Part shown: positions 1-8,051 of the stretch, piece by piece
How positions within the stretch are numbered: the stretch's first letter is position 1
Layout of the letters: each line of letters starts with the position of its first letter
Source of the DNA: a virus
Direction: 5' to 3' (one strand)
IMG/VR virus record: IMGVR_UViG_3300028549_003662
Span: 82,099 to 146,098 of that record
Length of the DNA stretch: 64,000 bases
Translations under genes and position numbers: made by a program
Notes under the pieces: generated by a model
What the model was told of the DNA's origin: nothing
Database searches by the model: none
Seen by the model: only the letters and a program-made list of their open reading frames with translations

Positions 1-6
1 TGGCGG

Positions 7-456
7 TCACGTCCGCACCATATCCTTCAAGTTTATGGCGGCCGTCTGCTTCACACAGGGGAGGATGAGCTTGGCGAAGCTGCGGCCGGTCTTCGTGCAC
101 ACCTTCGCCGTCATCGTGGCGTGGTTGCCCTCCATGTCCTCGACACCGATCTCCAACTCCTGCAGCGCAGGGTAGAAGACGCAAGAAAGGAGGAACTCAG
201 GCCGCGTGTGGCGGTCAGTGAGCGCCAGGGCGTCTTCGAGGTCGATTTGCGCGTTGGACAGCGCGTCCATGCGCGCCCTGGGGACGCCCATGCCGTGCCG
301 GTGCCGCGCCGTGACCTGCGTGAGCCGCGGAAGGAAGCGGTCGACCGCGTTCTCCAAGCTCTCTACGCGGCAGAACGGGCAGGGCTCGGCAGAACTCAGC
401 GGCGTCCACGCGCGCGAGCACCGCGTGCAAGTAGTGTTCTTGCGGGTGGCAGTCAT
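7..456 (-). CDS. Hypothetical protein with N-terminal CxxC...CxxC zinc-ribbon-like motif
   Basis: 149-aa ORF in a run of minus-strand genes; CTRC and CPFC motifs; GAGGG upstream. Confidence 0.6.
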   Translation of the reverse strand: MTATRKNTTCTRCSRAWTPLSSAEPCPFCRVESLENAVDRFLPRLTQVTARHRHGMGVPRARMDALSNAQIDLEDALALTDRHTRPEFLLSCVFYPALQELEIGVEDMEGNHATMTAKVCTKTGRSFAKLILPCVKQTAAINLKDMVRT

Positions 457-468
457 TGTAGAGCGCCC

Positions 469-729
469 TCACTGCTTGTCGCCGGTGTTGTAGACCCGGC
501 CTTCAATGAGGGACAGGCGAAACTCAAGTTCCTTGACGGTCTCGGTGTTGGCAGCCGTGGCGTTGACGGCTGTGGTGAGCATCTGCACGGACTGCATGTT
601 GTTCGCAGACATGTGCTCCACCATAATTATGGAGCGGTAGCTGACCCAGATGGACAAGATAAAGGCGACCATAAACAACATGCCCAGGATGGTGCTCCAT
701 GAAGCATTCAGCTCACGCTTTGCGGCCAT
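469..729 (-). CDS. Small membrane-anchored coiled-coil protein
   Basis: One hydrophobic helix (ILGMLFMVAFILSIWV) then a heptad-like tail; ATG at 729 follows GAGGGAG. Confidence 0.65.
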   Translation of the reverse strand: MAAKRELNASWSTILGMLFMVAFILSIWVSYRSIIMVEHMSANNMQSVQMLTTAVNATAANTETVKELEFRLSLIEGRVYNTGDKQ

Positions 730-786
730 AACTCCCTCTCTGAATTTGATTGCTCTTACAAGGTACTTGCGCACATCGCGCACACA

Positions 787-1140
787 TCAGGTTCGCTTTA
801 CAATCACGTACGAACCGTCTTCAATCTCTAAAATTCGCCGTATACATACGTCGGCTTTTGAGATGTCAACATGCACGTTACAGCAGAAGATGTCAACCGT
901 CAGTCGCTCAAATTCTGGAAAAGAATGGATGGAAATGTGTGATTCGCTGATGATGGCGATGGAGGTGACACCAATGGGCGTGAATTTGTGGGAGAAGACC
1001 TTGATGATCTTGCTTCCGATGGCATCGGAAATACGTTCGACAAGATATTCGAGAGCGGCGACGTTGTCGAGGGCGCGCAAGCTGCGCTGCGAGGCCGTGC
1101 TGATGCGGTAGCTGCCGAGGAGGTTGTTTCCGATGGTCAT
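787..1140 (-). CDS. speD: S-adenosylmethionine decarboxylase proenzyme (short class)
   Basis: HKFTPIGVT, the self-cleavage motif SE/SHISIHSFPE, and DIFCC carrying the catalytic Cys. Confidence 0.92.
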   Translation of the reverse strand: MTIGNNLLGSYRISTASQRSLRALDNVAALEYLVERISDAIGSKIIKVFSHKFTPIGVTSIAIISESHISIHSFPEFERLTVDIFCCNVHVDISKADVCIRRILEIEDGSYVIVKRT

Positions 1141-1152
1141 GTTGTTTCCGTG

Positions 1153-1224
1153 CTGGCGGGCAATAGGGAGTTGGATTGGGAAGGGGCTGACTTCTTTGTT
1201 TCTGCCGCGCCCATTGCCCGCCAG
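1153..1224 (-). promoter_or_regulatory. Long stem-loop in the speD leader
   Basis: Perfect 12-bp inverted repeat CTGGCGGGCAAT (1153-1164) / ATTGCCCGCCAG (1213-1224); no U-tract. Confidence 0.5.
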
Positions 1225-1229
1225 GTCGT

Positions 1230-1382
1230 TTAACCGAAGGCAGCGATGCCCAGGGCGGGGGTGAGGACGCGGTCCTTGTGCTCCTGCTGCTTGCCCTGGT
1301 TCCAGGCCCCTACGGGGCGGTAGTACCCGGTGACGCGAGCATAGGTGCCGGTGGTGCGAATCATCTTTTTACCTCTGACCAT
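1230..1382 (-). CDS. nrdD: Stand-alone glycyl-radical domain of class III RNR (split NrdD C-terminus), 50 aa (44 aa from ATG 1364)
   Basis: Manual translation MVRGKKMIRTTGTYARVTGYYRPVGAWNQGKQQEHKDRVLTPALGIAAFG carries the YxRVTGYYRPV..WN.GK..E..DR glycyl-radical motif; AAGGAGGGG RBS; shorter than the ORF-track cutoff. Confidence 0.9.
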   Translation of the reverse strand: MVRGKKMIRTTGTYARVTGYYRPVGAWNQGKQQEHKDRVLTPALGIAAFG

Positions 1383-1399
1383 GATTGTAATCCCCTCCT

Positions 1400-1843
1400 T
1401 TAGACGGTTTTGCCAGTGCTGCCGAGGCCGCCAGCACCACGAGCAGTTGCGGGAAGCTCATCGACCTCTTCGAAGACACCCTGGGCGACGGGGACGATCA
1501 TCATCTGAGCAACGCGTTCGCCGTGCTCGACGCGGCAGCCGTTGGGGCGGTCGGTCCACAAACCAAGGGTGATTTCGCCACGGAAATCATAGTCAATGAC
1601 GCCGATCTGGTTGCTCAGCTTGAGGCCTTCGTTGATCCCCTTGCCGCTGCGCACGGCGATGATGCCGACGTAGCCTTCAGGTATGGCGACGGCGATGCCG
1701 GTGCTGACCTTGATGGGGGAGCCCGGCATGATGTTCTCGCAGCAGCGGGTGAGGATGGCCTGCAGGTCGAAGGCGGCGCTGCCATCGGTCTTGTAGGTGG
1801 GGATGACGGCATCGGCGTGCATGAGCTTGATTTGGATGTTCAC
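1400..1843 (-). CDS. dut: Trimeric dUTPase
   Basis: All five motifs present: AAFDL, VRSG, GVIDYDFRGE, RVAQM, RGAGGLGSTG. Confidence 0.97.
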   Translation of the reverse strand: MNIQIKLMHADAVIPTYKTDGSAAFDLQAILTRCCENIMPGSPIKVSTGIAVAIPEGYVGIIAVRSGKGINEGLKLSNQIGVIDYDFRGEITLGLWTDRPNGCRVEHGERVAQMMIVPVAQGVFEEVDELPATARGAGGLGSTGKTV

Positions 1844-2418
1844 TATTTGTCTCCTTCAATGGGTTTGATGACGTTGAGCCGCCATCCGTCGATGGCGAAC
1901 TTGTCCTTGAGGAAGTCGAGGGTTCCGAAGCGTTCCGCGCGCGCCCCCATGTAGTCAACGACGCGAAGCTCCTTGTAGGTGGCGCTCTTGCAGCCGAACA
2001 GCATGATGTCGAGCAAGCGCTGCCGGTACTGGCCAAGATTGCGGACGCCGTCATTGGTGGTCTTCACAGACAGCACGACGCTGTCGAAGACATCGCGGAA
2101 TCCATTCAGGCCGTTCGTGTGCAGCGCCATGCTACGCCCCTCGGCCATGAAGTGGTCAGTGGCGGCTTGGAACCCTACAAGGTTCGCTGTGGGCTCGCCC
2201 CCGGAGAAGACGACGGCCACGCGGTTGCCCATCATGGCGGCGTCGGTCTTCTTCAGGGCGGCACTCACATCCTCAAGGTCGTACACGGGGCGCCCACCCA
2301 CGACGCGCTGGTTGTAGCAGTACGGGCAACTCAGGTTGCAGCCGTTGAAGAACAACGTGGCGGCCAAGCGGTTCGGGTAATCGACAAACCCGAAAACGAA
2401 GTCGTGGATGAACTTCAC
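1843..2418 (-). CDS. nrdG: Anaerobic RNR activating protein (radical SAM)
   Basis: VDYP..LAATLF, GCNLSCPYCYN (CxxxCxxC), SGGEPT, LHTNG; adjacent to nrdD. Confidence 0.93.
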   Translation of the reverse strand: MKFIHDFVFGFVDYPNRLAATLFFNGCNLSCPYCYNQRVVGGRPVYDLEDVSAALKKTDAAMMGNRVAVVFSGGEPTANLVGFQAATDHFMAEGRSMALHTNGLNGFRDVFDSVVLSVKTTNDGVRNLGQYRQRLLDIMLFGCKSATYKELRVVDYMGARAERFGTLDFLKDKFAIDGWRLNVIKPIEGDK

Positions 2419-2420
2419 GG

Positions 2421-4802
2421 CTAGCCCTCCACGTGGTCGGGGTAGCGGAGGCGGAACGCTTCCACCTGTTCGTCACTGTGCTCGAAGGGGCAGAACTCGT
2501 GCGTGCCGGGTATGATGCGGCCGCAGCACTCGCACTTCGTGTACACGGGGCTCACAGAGAAGTACGGGATGGGGGTGCTGCACATCGCCACCACCATCGC
2601 CTCCACTCCGACGCCGTCCAGTTCCTCACCGGTGTGGAGGTGCACAACGGTACCTCCGCTCAGGATGGGCTGCAGCACGGACTGCGTGCGCAGCAGAAGG
2701 TCCACCTGTCCCTGCAGCTCCACCGGGATGTGGCAGGAGTTGGTGAGATAGGGGGCATCAGAGGTTCCGCGATGCGGGGCCTGGGGGAACACCTTCAACA
2801 TCTTGATGGCGAGCTTGTGGGCGGCGGACTCCGCAGGTGTGGCTTCGAGGTTGAAGAGCTTGCCCGTCTTCTCCGTCCACTCCTCAGTCGTGGTGCGCAT
2901 GTGCTCCAGGATCTTCGCCGCCACAGCCAGGTTGGCCTCTTCAAGGAAGGAGTTGTCGTCGCCGCAGATGTACTCCACGGCCTCCCAGAGACCCACGAAG
3001 CCGACAGTGGTGAAGAAGGTGCTGAAGCCGCGCTTGAAGTTGGCCTTGGCCATGCTGAAGAAGCCGTCGTCGAAGGCCTTCTCCACGATTCCGCGCTTCC
3101 AAAGCTGCTCGTCGCGCACCAGACCCATGACGCGGTCAAGCTGCTGGTAGAAGTGCGCGAGCCGTTTCTCGGTGGTGTTGTGGTTCTCGAACACGCTGCT
3201 CAGCATGGCCAGCATGGGGAGGTTGAGCGTCACCACCTGCAGGGAGCCGGTCTGGTCGGCGTTGCCGAAGAGGCCGCCCACGTGCTTTCTTATATTCTTT
3301 TCCGATATTTGCAAACGACAGCACATACTCCTTACATCTGCGGGGTTTATCTTCTCCCCGGCGCTGTGGCCGTTGATGTAGTTCTGGAAGTAGGGGTTGC
3401 CGAACTTCGCGCTCAGCGAGAAGACGAGATCCTTGAGGGGGTGGCGGAAGAAGGCCTCGGTGACAGAGATGGTGAGGACGGGGAAGGTGAAGCCGGTCCC
3501 CTTGCTGTCGCCGCGCATGAAGTTCTTGAGGATGGCTTCGGCGACGATGTTCTGCCACATCTCGATATCGCCGTAGGTGAGGTACTCGCCCTTGCAGGAG
3601 CATTCGAAGGTGTTGGCACCCCAGCGTTCTTCGAAGGTCTGGCCGCCGACGAGGGGGCGACGATCACGCATGTCTTCAGGAATTGTCAATGATAACGTGA
3701 TATTACTGAAGGGGCTGTTTCCGGTAACGAACATTTTGCGTGTGCTGCCGGGGACATTGCGACGCGCAATGAATGTTCCGGTGTTCGTCGTGGGACACCA
3801 AACTTTCCCTTTGTAGTGCTTACGCCGAACTTCCGTAACGGCGAACTCCCCGATAACATTGGGCGTGTAACGGGTGTCCGGGCGCTTAATCTTCGGAATG
3901 TAATATGCGCCTCCGGCGCTTTCCAACTCTGCAGCTTCACGCACATACAGTTTAGTCAGGCCAGAATCGGTGTACACGACACGATGCTTTTCGGTCACAA
4001 CAGATTCGTAGCCCTCTCCTGAGAAATGCAAAAGGTCGCCATCGTGGTCGTAGATGTTCACATGCGTGAGCTTGTCTGACGTGACAGTTCTTGTTTCGAG
4101 GTCGACAACATATATGGAGTCGCCAACACTGAGCTCGTCGTAGCGCTTCCACCCCTTGTGCGTCAGGCACTCGGTTTTCTCATCGACGCACTGGCCGCCA
4201 TAGCGGGTATTGTAATTGAGATGAAAAATCATCTCCTGCATGGATTGATCGACTTCTTCGAGAGTCATCTTCATGGCCATCTCAGGAGTCATATCGAAGG
4301 TATTGATGCGGGAGAGGAAGAAATCCAGGGCGTAGGGGCCGAGGAAGAGGTCAACATCGTTGAAGGCCTGGGCACCGGCGAACTCGTTGCTGCAGGCTCC
4401 GATGTGATTGATGATGTGGTTGACGGCGCTGCGCAGGCGCTTGGCGGGGCCGCTGATGATGTTCCCGGCCGATATGCCGTCATGGAGGAGATTCTCTAGG
4501 CTGTGGCCGCTGCAGTATGGGGTCTTCACGCCCAGGCCGAGATCGTGGATGTGCACGGCGCCGAGCTCATGCAGGTCAGCGAGACCATCATGTCCGGCCT
4601 TGCGCATCTCCGAGAGGTAGTTGCGCTTCAGCGCCTCTTCACCGATCACCAGCAGCAGTCCCGCCGGGGAGAGATGGCTCATGTTGGCGTTTTCCTTGGC
4701 CAGCAGACCCTCGCCGAGGTAGTTGGCGATAATGGGGTCGATGTCGAGAGTTGGGCCTTGGGGTGAGGCCGTGCCTGTGGCCGAGCTTTGAAGCTGGTCC
4801 AT
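2421..4802 (-). CDS. nrdD: Class III ribonucleotide reductase catalytic subunit; no ATP cone, contains an intein, lacks the glycyl-radical tail
   Basis: KENAN, HIHDL, PYC, AGAQAF, GGQ/SPFSNITL, FTFPV, RSMCCRL, TGSLQVVTLNLP, NLEATPAES, YLTNS, SGGTVVH; ends shortly after the CECC..CPFEH zinc site. Confidence 0.96.
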   Translation of the reverse strand: MDQLQSSATGTASPQGPTLDIDPIIANYLGEGLLAKENANMSHLSPAGLLLVIGEEALKRNYLSEMRKAGHDGLADLHELGAVHIHDLGLGVKTPYCSGHSLENLLHDGISAGNIISGPAKRLRSAVNHIINHIGACSNEFAGAQAFNDVDLFLGPYALDFFLSRINTFDMTPEMAMKMTLEEVDQSMQEMIFHLNYNTRYGGQCVDEKTECLTHKGWKRYDELSVGDSIYVVDLETRTVTSDKLTHVNIYDHDGDLLHFSGEGYESVVTEKHRVVYTDSGLTKLYVREAAELESAGGAYYIPKIKRPDTRYTPNVIGEFAVTEVRRKHYKGKVWCPTTNTGTFIARRNVPGSTRKMFVTGNSPFSNITLSLTIPEDMRDRRPLVGGQTFEERWGANTFECSCKGEYLTYGDIEMWQNIVAEAILKNFMRGDSKGTGFTFPVLTISVTEAFFRHPLKDLVFSLSAKFGNPYFQNYINGHSAGEKINPADVRSMCCRLQISEKNIRKHVGGLFGNADQTGSLQVVTLNLPMLAMLSSVFENHNTTEKRLAHFYQQLDRVMGLVRDEQLWKRGIVEKAFDDGFFSMAKANFKRGFSTFFTTVGFVGLWEAVEYICGDDNSFLEEANLAVAAKILEHMRTTTEEWTEKTGKLFNLEATPAESAAHKLAIKMLKVFPQAPHRGTSDAPYLTNSCHIPVELQGQVDLLLRTQSVLQPILSGGTVVHLHTGEELDGVGVEAMVVAMCSTPIPYFSVSPVYTKCECCGRIIPGTHEFCPFEHSDEQVEAFRLRYPDHVEG
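3717..4190 (-). mobile_element. Mini-intein (158 aa, no homing endonuclease) in NrdD
   Basis: Interrupts GGQ|SPFSN; begins CVDEKTECLTHKGWK (block A), has VTEKH (block B TxxH), ends VWCPTTNTGTFIARRN...VTGN with Ser at +1; lower GC than the host gene. Confidence 0.93.
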
Positions 4803-4874
4803 GTCGTGATGCTCCTTGTTGGGTTTACTGGGATACTTCCTGCCGTTTCAAGGTGGAATGGCAGGCACCGCTCA

Positions 4875-4903
4875 CTTATGTCTGTCGAAGGGAAAGAAGT
4901 CAA
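4875..4903 (-). promoter_or_regulatory. Candidate sigma70-type promoter for the nrdD-nrdG-dut operon
   Basis: TTGACT-N17-CATAAG in the only sizeable gap upstream of nrdD; the -10 element is imperfect. Confidence 0.4.
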
Positions 4904-4923
4904 GTACGAAAAACGCCGAATGT

Positions 4924-5301
4924 TTACGCCTTGTCGGAGGTATTCGGTCTTTTACCATCACGGCGCTGCTGCGCCACTTCGGCCTCCTTGATCTCGCCAT
5001 CCGTGGCACCAAGGTTCTCGCGCGCCATCTTCTTATACAGAATGTGCAGCGTCACCGGGCCGCCGAAGCCAGCCATGCCGACAACAAACTCCTTGAAGTG
5101 CGGAGCCAGGGGGCTGACGTCCATGAGCTTTCCCGCCATCAGGCCAGCGAACCCGCTGACGAAGAAACAGGAGAGGAGGGCGTAAAAGCTAGGGCGCCGG
5201 CCGCTGACGAAGAGATTCGCCAACCCACCAGTAACGCCCCAGAGCAATACGTCCAGGGCGTTCGTCAGTTCCTTTAACGGATTTGTGGTAAAGTCGATCA
5301 T
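4924..5301 (-). CDS. Holin, LydA-like (3 TM)
   Basis: GGLA...VSGFAG...GMAGFGG pattern, three hydrophobic helices, charged C-terminal tail; TGATG coupling to the upstream gene. Confidence 0.7.
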   Translation of the reverse strand: MIDFTTNPLKELTNALDVLLWGVTGGLANLFVSGRRPSFYALLSCFFVSGFAGLMAGKLMDVSPLAPHFKEFVVGMAGFGGPVTLHILYKKMARENLGATDGEIKEAEVAQQRRDGKRPNTSDKA

Positions 5302-5927
5302 CAGCGTGCCTTCGCTAGCAGGTACAACCATGTACCGATGTACGCGAACCATGTGAAATTGAACAACCTTACTTTGTTGTACCGCGTTCTGATGTAGATG
5401 ATCTCAAGCAGCGAAATCGCAACCGCTGTACCGAACAGTATCCGCAAAACCAGCATTCCATCAAGGTCAAAAAAGGGTATGACGTGGTCGTAAACTACGT
5501 AATTGAACCCGATTCCCAAAGCCGCGGCGTACCCCGCCAGCACCAGCTTGGGCTGCGCGTCGATATTCTCCTTCGGGACGTCCATGTCACAGGTGATGCA
5601 GGAGCTCACCATGTGGGACATGTACAGCCAGAGCAGCACGACTGTGGCCATTGGGCTCCACATGAAATTGATGTACGCATCCACTGGGTTGGCGAGCTTG
5701 AAGCCGATCTGACTCGCCACGTGCAGGCGCACGACAGTGATGGGGATCTGCGAGGCTACGTAGCACACGCCGAGGAGCATCACGGTGTGTGAGGAGTGTC
5801 CCTTGTTGAGGCTGGGGCGAATCCCCAGGGCGAGGGTGGCGGCAACGAGGACAGCGACACCCAGGAGGTGCACCGTCAGGAGGTACTGGTAGGTGTACGC
5901 ACAGATCATAATGCCAGGAGGGCACAT
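5301..5927 (-). CDS. Polytopic membrane protein (about 6 TM) in the lysis region
   Basis: About six hydrophobic segments; start at 5927 (GGAG RBS) or 5909 (ATGA overlap). Confidence 0.65.
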   Translation of the reverse strand: MCPPGIMICAYTYQYLLTVHLLGVAVLVAATLALGIRPSLNKGHSSHTVMLLGVCYVASQIPITVVRLHVASQIGFKLANPVDAYINFMWSPMATVVLLWLYMSHMVSSCITCDMDVPKENIDAQPKLVLAGYAAALGIGFNYVVYDHVIPFFDLDGMLVLRILFGTAVAISLLEIIYIRTRYNKVRLFNFTWFAYIGTWLYLLAKAR

Positions 5928-6238
5928 CGTCCGGTCTCCGCTGCTTTGCACTTTCGAATGCAGTTCAGGATGGCGATGTAGACGAGGAGAGATATGTGCT
6001 TGCAGACGAAGGGTACCCACCACTGCGCGTTGACTGGCATGATGAGGAGTTCCAGGCATTGCTTGACCTGGACGAGTGAGAGCAGGAACACAAGGCAGTA
6101 GGAGTAGTAGATGTGCGCGCCGGTGAAACGCAGCCTGTTGATGACCGGCCCGACGTACATCGCGAAAGCAAGCGTTACAACAGACAAAAATAGCAGATAT
6201 GTCTGAACGGCTCTCGCCACTGCTTCTACGGTGTTCAT
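5906..6238 (-). CDS. 3-TM membrane protein
   Basis: MNTVEAV... follows a GAGGA RBS; three hydrophobic helices. Confidence 0.65.
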   Translation of the reverse strand: MNTVEAVARAVQTYLLFLSVVTLAFAMYVGPVINRLRFTGAHIYYSYCLVFLLSLVQVKQCLELLIMPVNAQWWVPFVCKHISLLVYIAILNCIRKCKAAETGRCALLAL

Positions 6239-6275
6239 AAGGTAGTCCTCTGATATGGCGTTTGGATGCTCACGA

Positions 6276-6315
6276 ACGTACAGGCCCTCACCATAAAAAG
6301 CAAGGGCCTGCACGT
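6276..6315 (-). terminator. Stem-loop downstream of the endolysin (terminator or processing site)
   Basis: ACGTGCAGGCCCTT / GAGGGCCTGTACGT form a 14-bp stem with G-U pairs; weak U-tract. Confidence 0.45.
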
Positions 6316-6320
6316 GTCGT

Positions 6321-6947
6321 TTAGGCTTCGACGGTGGAGGCGCGGACGATCCACCCATAGCAGAAGTCTTCCTGCGTGGGGTCGTCGCGCATGATCTTCT
6401 TGTAGTGCTGCACGGCCTCGGAGCGCATCAGCGCCATGATGACGGTCTGTCCGTCGCCGCGCCTCAACACCACATCGAGGGCGCGCGCGGTTGCGGGACC
6501 GGGGTGGCCGTCAACAACCAGATCCGGGAACATCTGGCCATTCTTGTTCATGAAGTTCAACTGCTCCTGCAGGAAGCGCCCGGCGGTCTGCGCGGTCCCG
6601 GTGTTCACCGCGTACTGGAAGAGGTAGTAGGCGATCTCGTAGGGGATGTTGTCGCCCCCGAAGCCGTCCCAATACGAGGTCTTGTAGAAGCCGCGCACAG
6701 CGGCCATGAACGCAGGATCTGCAGCCAGCGCTGCCGACATCGCCTTGCACTGCGCGGGGGTGGGGTTCTCGTTGGGTACGCCGAGACGTGCCTTGAGGGT
6801 GTCAACGACGGCCCAGCCCGGCCAGTCCGGGTAGAAGCGGCGGGAGATGCCGAAGGCGGTCTCCTTGCCGCGGTCAGTGGGCCTGTTGCCGTACGCGCCC
6901 TCGGCGCCCATCAGCTTCGCATACGCGCGCTCGTAGTTTGCAGCCAT
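6321..6947 (-). CDS. Endolysin, GH108 lysozyme with a C-terminal peptidoglycan-binding domain
   Basis: AEGAYGNRPTDRGKETAFGIS, FYKTSYW, AVNTG, LVVDG.PGPAT, QEDFCYGWIVR. Confidence 0.93.
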   Translation of the reverse strand: MAANYERAYAKLMGAEGAYGNRPTDRGKETAFGISRRFYPDWPGWAVVDTLKARLGVPNENPTPAQCKAMSAALAADPAFMAAVRGFYKTSYWDGFGGDNIPYEIAYYLFQYAVNTGTAQTAGRFLQEQLNFMNKNGQMFPDLVVDGHPGPATARALDVVLRRGDGQTVIMALMRSEAVQHYKKIMRDDPTQEDFCYGWIVRASTVEA

Positions 6948-6951
6948 TGGT

Positions 6952-7245
6952 CTACTTCTCCTTGGGTTGCGCCTGCGCGGTGTAGCAGTTCAGCGCGCTG
7001 TCCTGGCGGGTTAGGAAGAGCTCAATTTCCGCCAGGTCGGCGGTGAGGGCAGCCACGTTCTCCTTGCTCCCGATGTGCCTGTTCTCGGAGAGATCAGTGA
7101 GGTTGAGCGTTGCCGGCCGCGGGCACAGCGTGTACGCCTGTTGCACCTCTATATGCGTCACCGGCGGGACTGTCGGTGTGGAAACGCACGCGGAGAGCAT
7201 GAAGAATACGATTGATGTAAGCGACAGCGCGAATACTGCTTTCAT
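6952..7245 (-). CDS. Outer-membrane spanin lipoprotein (Rz1-like)
   Basis: Signal peptide with an LSAC lipobox, Pro-rich linker; overlaps the i-spanin in another frame. Confidence 0.85.
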   Translation of the reverse strand: MKAVFALSLTSIVFFMLSACVSTPTVPPVTHIEVQQAYTLCPRPATLNLTDLSENRHIGSKENVAALTADLAEIELFLTRQDSALNCYTAQAQPKEK

Positions 7246-7612
7246 TGTCCAGAACCTCCCCTTTTTGCTGCAGCGGCGCTGCTGGTGTCGATGTCATGCC
7301 CGCGATGAGCGCCTGCTGTTCGCCAATGCGCTCGCGGTAGGTGTTGATGTCGTGCTCCTGGTCCTTGACCTGCTTCTCCAAGGCCGCCAGCGCAATCTTC
7401 TTCTTGCCCTGGTCGTCCTGCAGGAGCCCGATCTGCGTCTCCTGCATAGTGCAGTTCTCCTGCATGTTGGCAATGGTGGCGTTCTGGCTGGAGATGATGG
7501 TGTCGCGGTTGGCGATCTGGATGTACTGCACGCCAATGTACGCCAGCATACCGAGCACGAGGAGCGCGGCAGCAATGTAGGGGATGTTCTTGACAGTCAA
7601 GAAGCCGAACAT
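7094..7612 (-). CDS. Inner-membrane spanin (Rz-like)
   Basis: N-terminal TM helix plus a long coiled coil; GAGGTG RBS; overlaps the o-spanin. Confidence 0.85.
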   Translation of the reverse strand: MFGFLTVKNIPYIAAALLVLGMLAYIGVQYIQIANRDTIISSQNATIANMQENCTMQETQIGLLQDDQGKKKIALAALEKQVKDQEHDINTYRERIGEQQALIAGMTSTPAAPLQQKGEVLDNESSIRAVAYINRILHALRVRFHTDSPAGDAYRGATGVHAVPAAGNAQPH

Positions 7613-7616
7613 GGCG

Positions 7617-7712
7617 TCACCTCGCACCCGTGGCTTTGTCGCACAGCCAGTTCCACACCGTCACAGGGAACAGGACGATCTTCAGCCACAGTGGAAATTC
7701 CATACCGGACAT
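7617..7712 (-). CDS. 31-aa hydrophobic peptide in the lysis cassette
   Basis: Manual translation MSGMEFPLWLKIVLFPVTVWNWLCDKATGAR; strong TAAGGAGG RBS; fills the gap between the holin-like gene and Rz. Confidence 0.7.
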   Translation of the reverse strand: MSGMEFPLWLKIVLFPVTVWNWLCDKATGAR

Positions 7713-7721
7713 GATTCCTCC

Positions 7722-8051
7722 TTAGAATGCTTTCGGGCAAGGCTCTTCGATTTGCGCAGTGGCCACTTCCTCAGAGATGCTTTCGGCAGAGGAGTGCCAC
7801 TTCCGCTCGACGTATTTCTGGGCCACCTTGCCCACGATTACGGAGCCCACAATGTACCCGGCGTTGTCAGGGAAGTCGACCATCACACCCGCAGCGGCCT
7901 GGATGTTCTTCCACACAAAGACGCCGAGGACCGTCGTAACGGCCATGAACCCGCAGATCCGCATCTGCGACAGTCGCTTCGTGTCGTCACCATTGATCTC
8001 GCGCATGATCGCGCAGAAGCTGCGAAACGCTTTTTTCAGCCATGCCATCAT
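7722..8051 (-). CDS. Putative 2-TM holin
   Basis: RLSQMR followed by two TM helices and KVAQK; ATGA overlap with the upstream gene; lies upstream of the spanins and endolysin. Confidence 0.6.
   Translation of the reverse strand: MMAWLKKAFRSFCAIMREINGDDTKRLSQMRICGFMAVTTVLGVFVWKNIQAAAGVMVDFPDNAGYIVGSVIVGKVAQKYVERKWHSSAESISEEVATAQIEEPCPKAF

Noticed and set aside
1141-1229. Known SAM riboswitch upstream of speD
   Set aside because: No SAM-I, II, III or V consensus recognised; kept only as an unclassified stem.
4803-4923. NrdR box upstream of nrdD
   Set aside because: No match to the ACACwATATaTwGTG-like palindrome; only an imperfect CCTGCC/GGCAGG hairpin.
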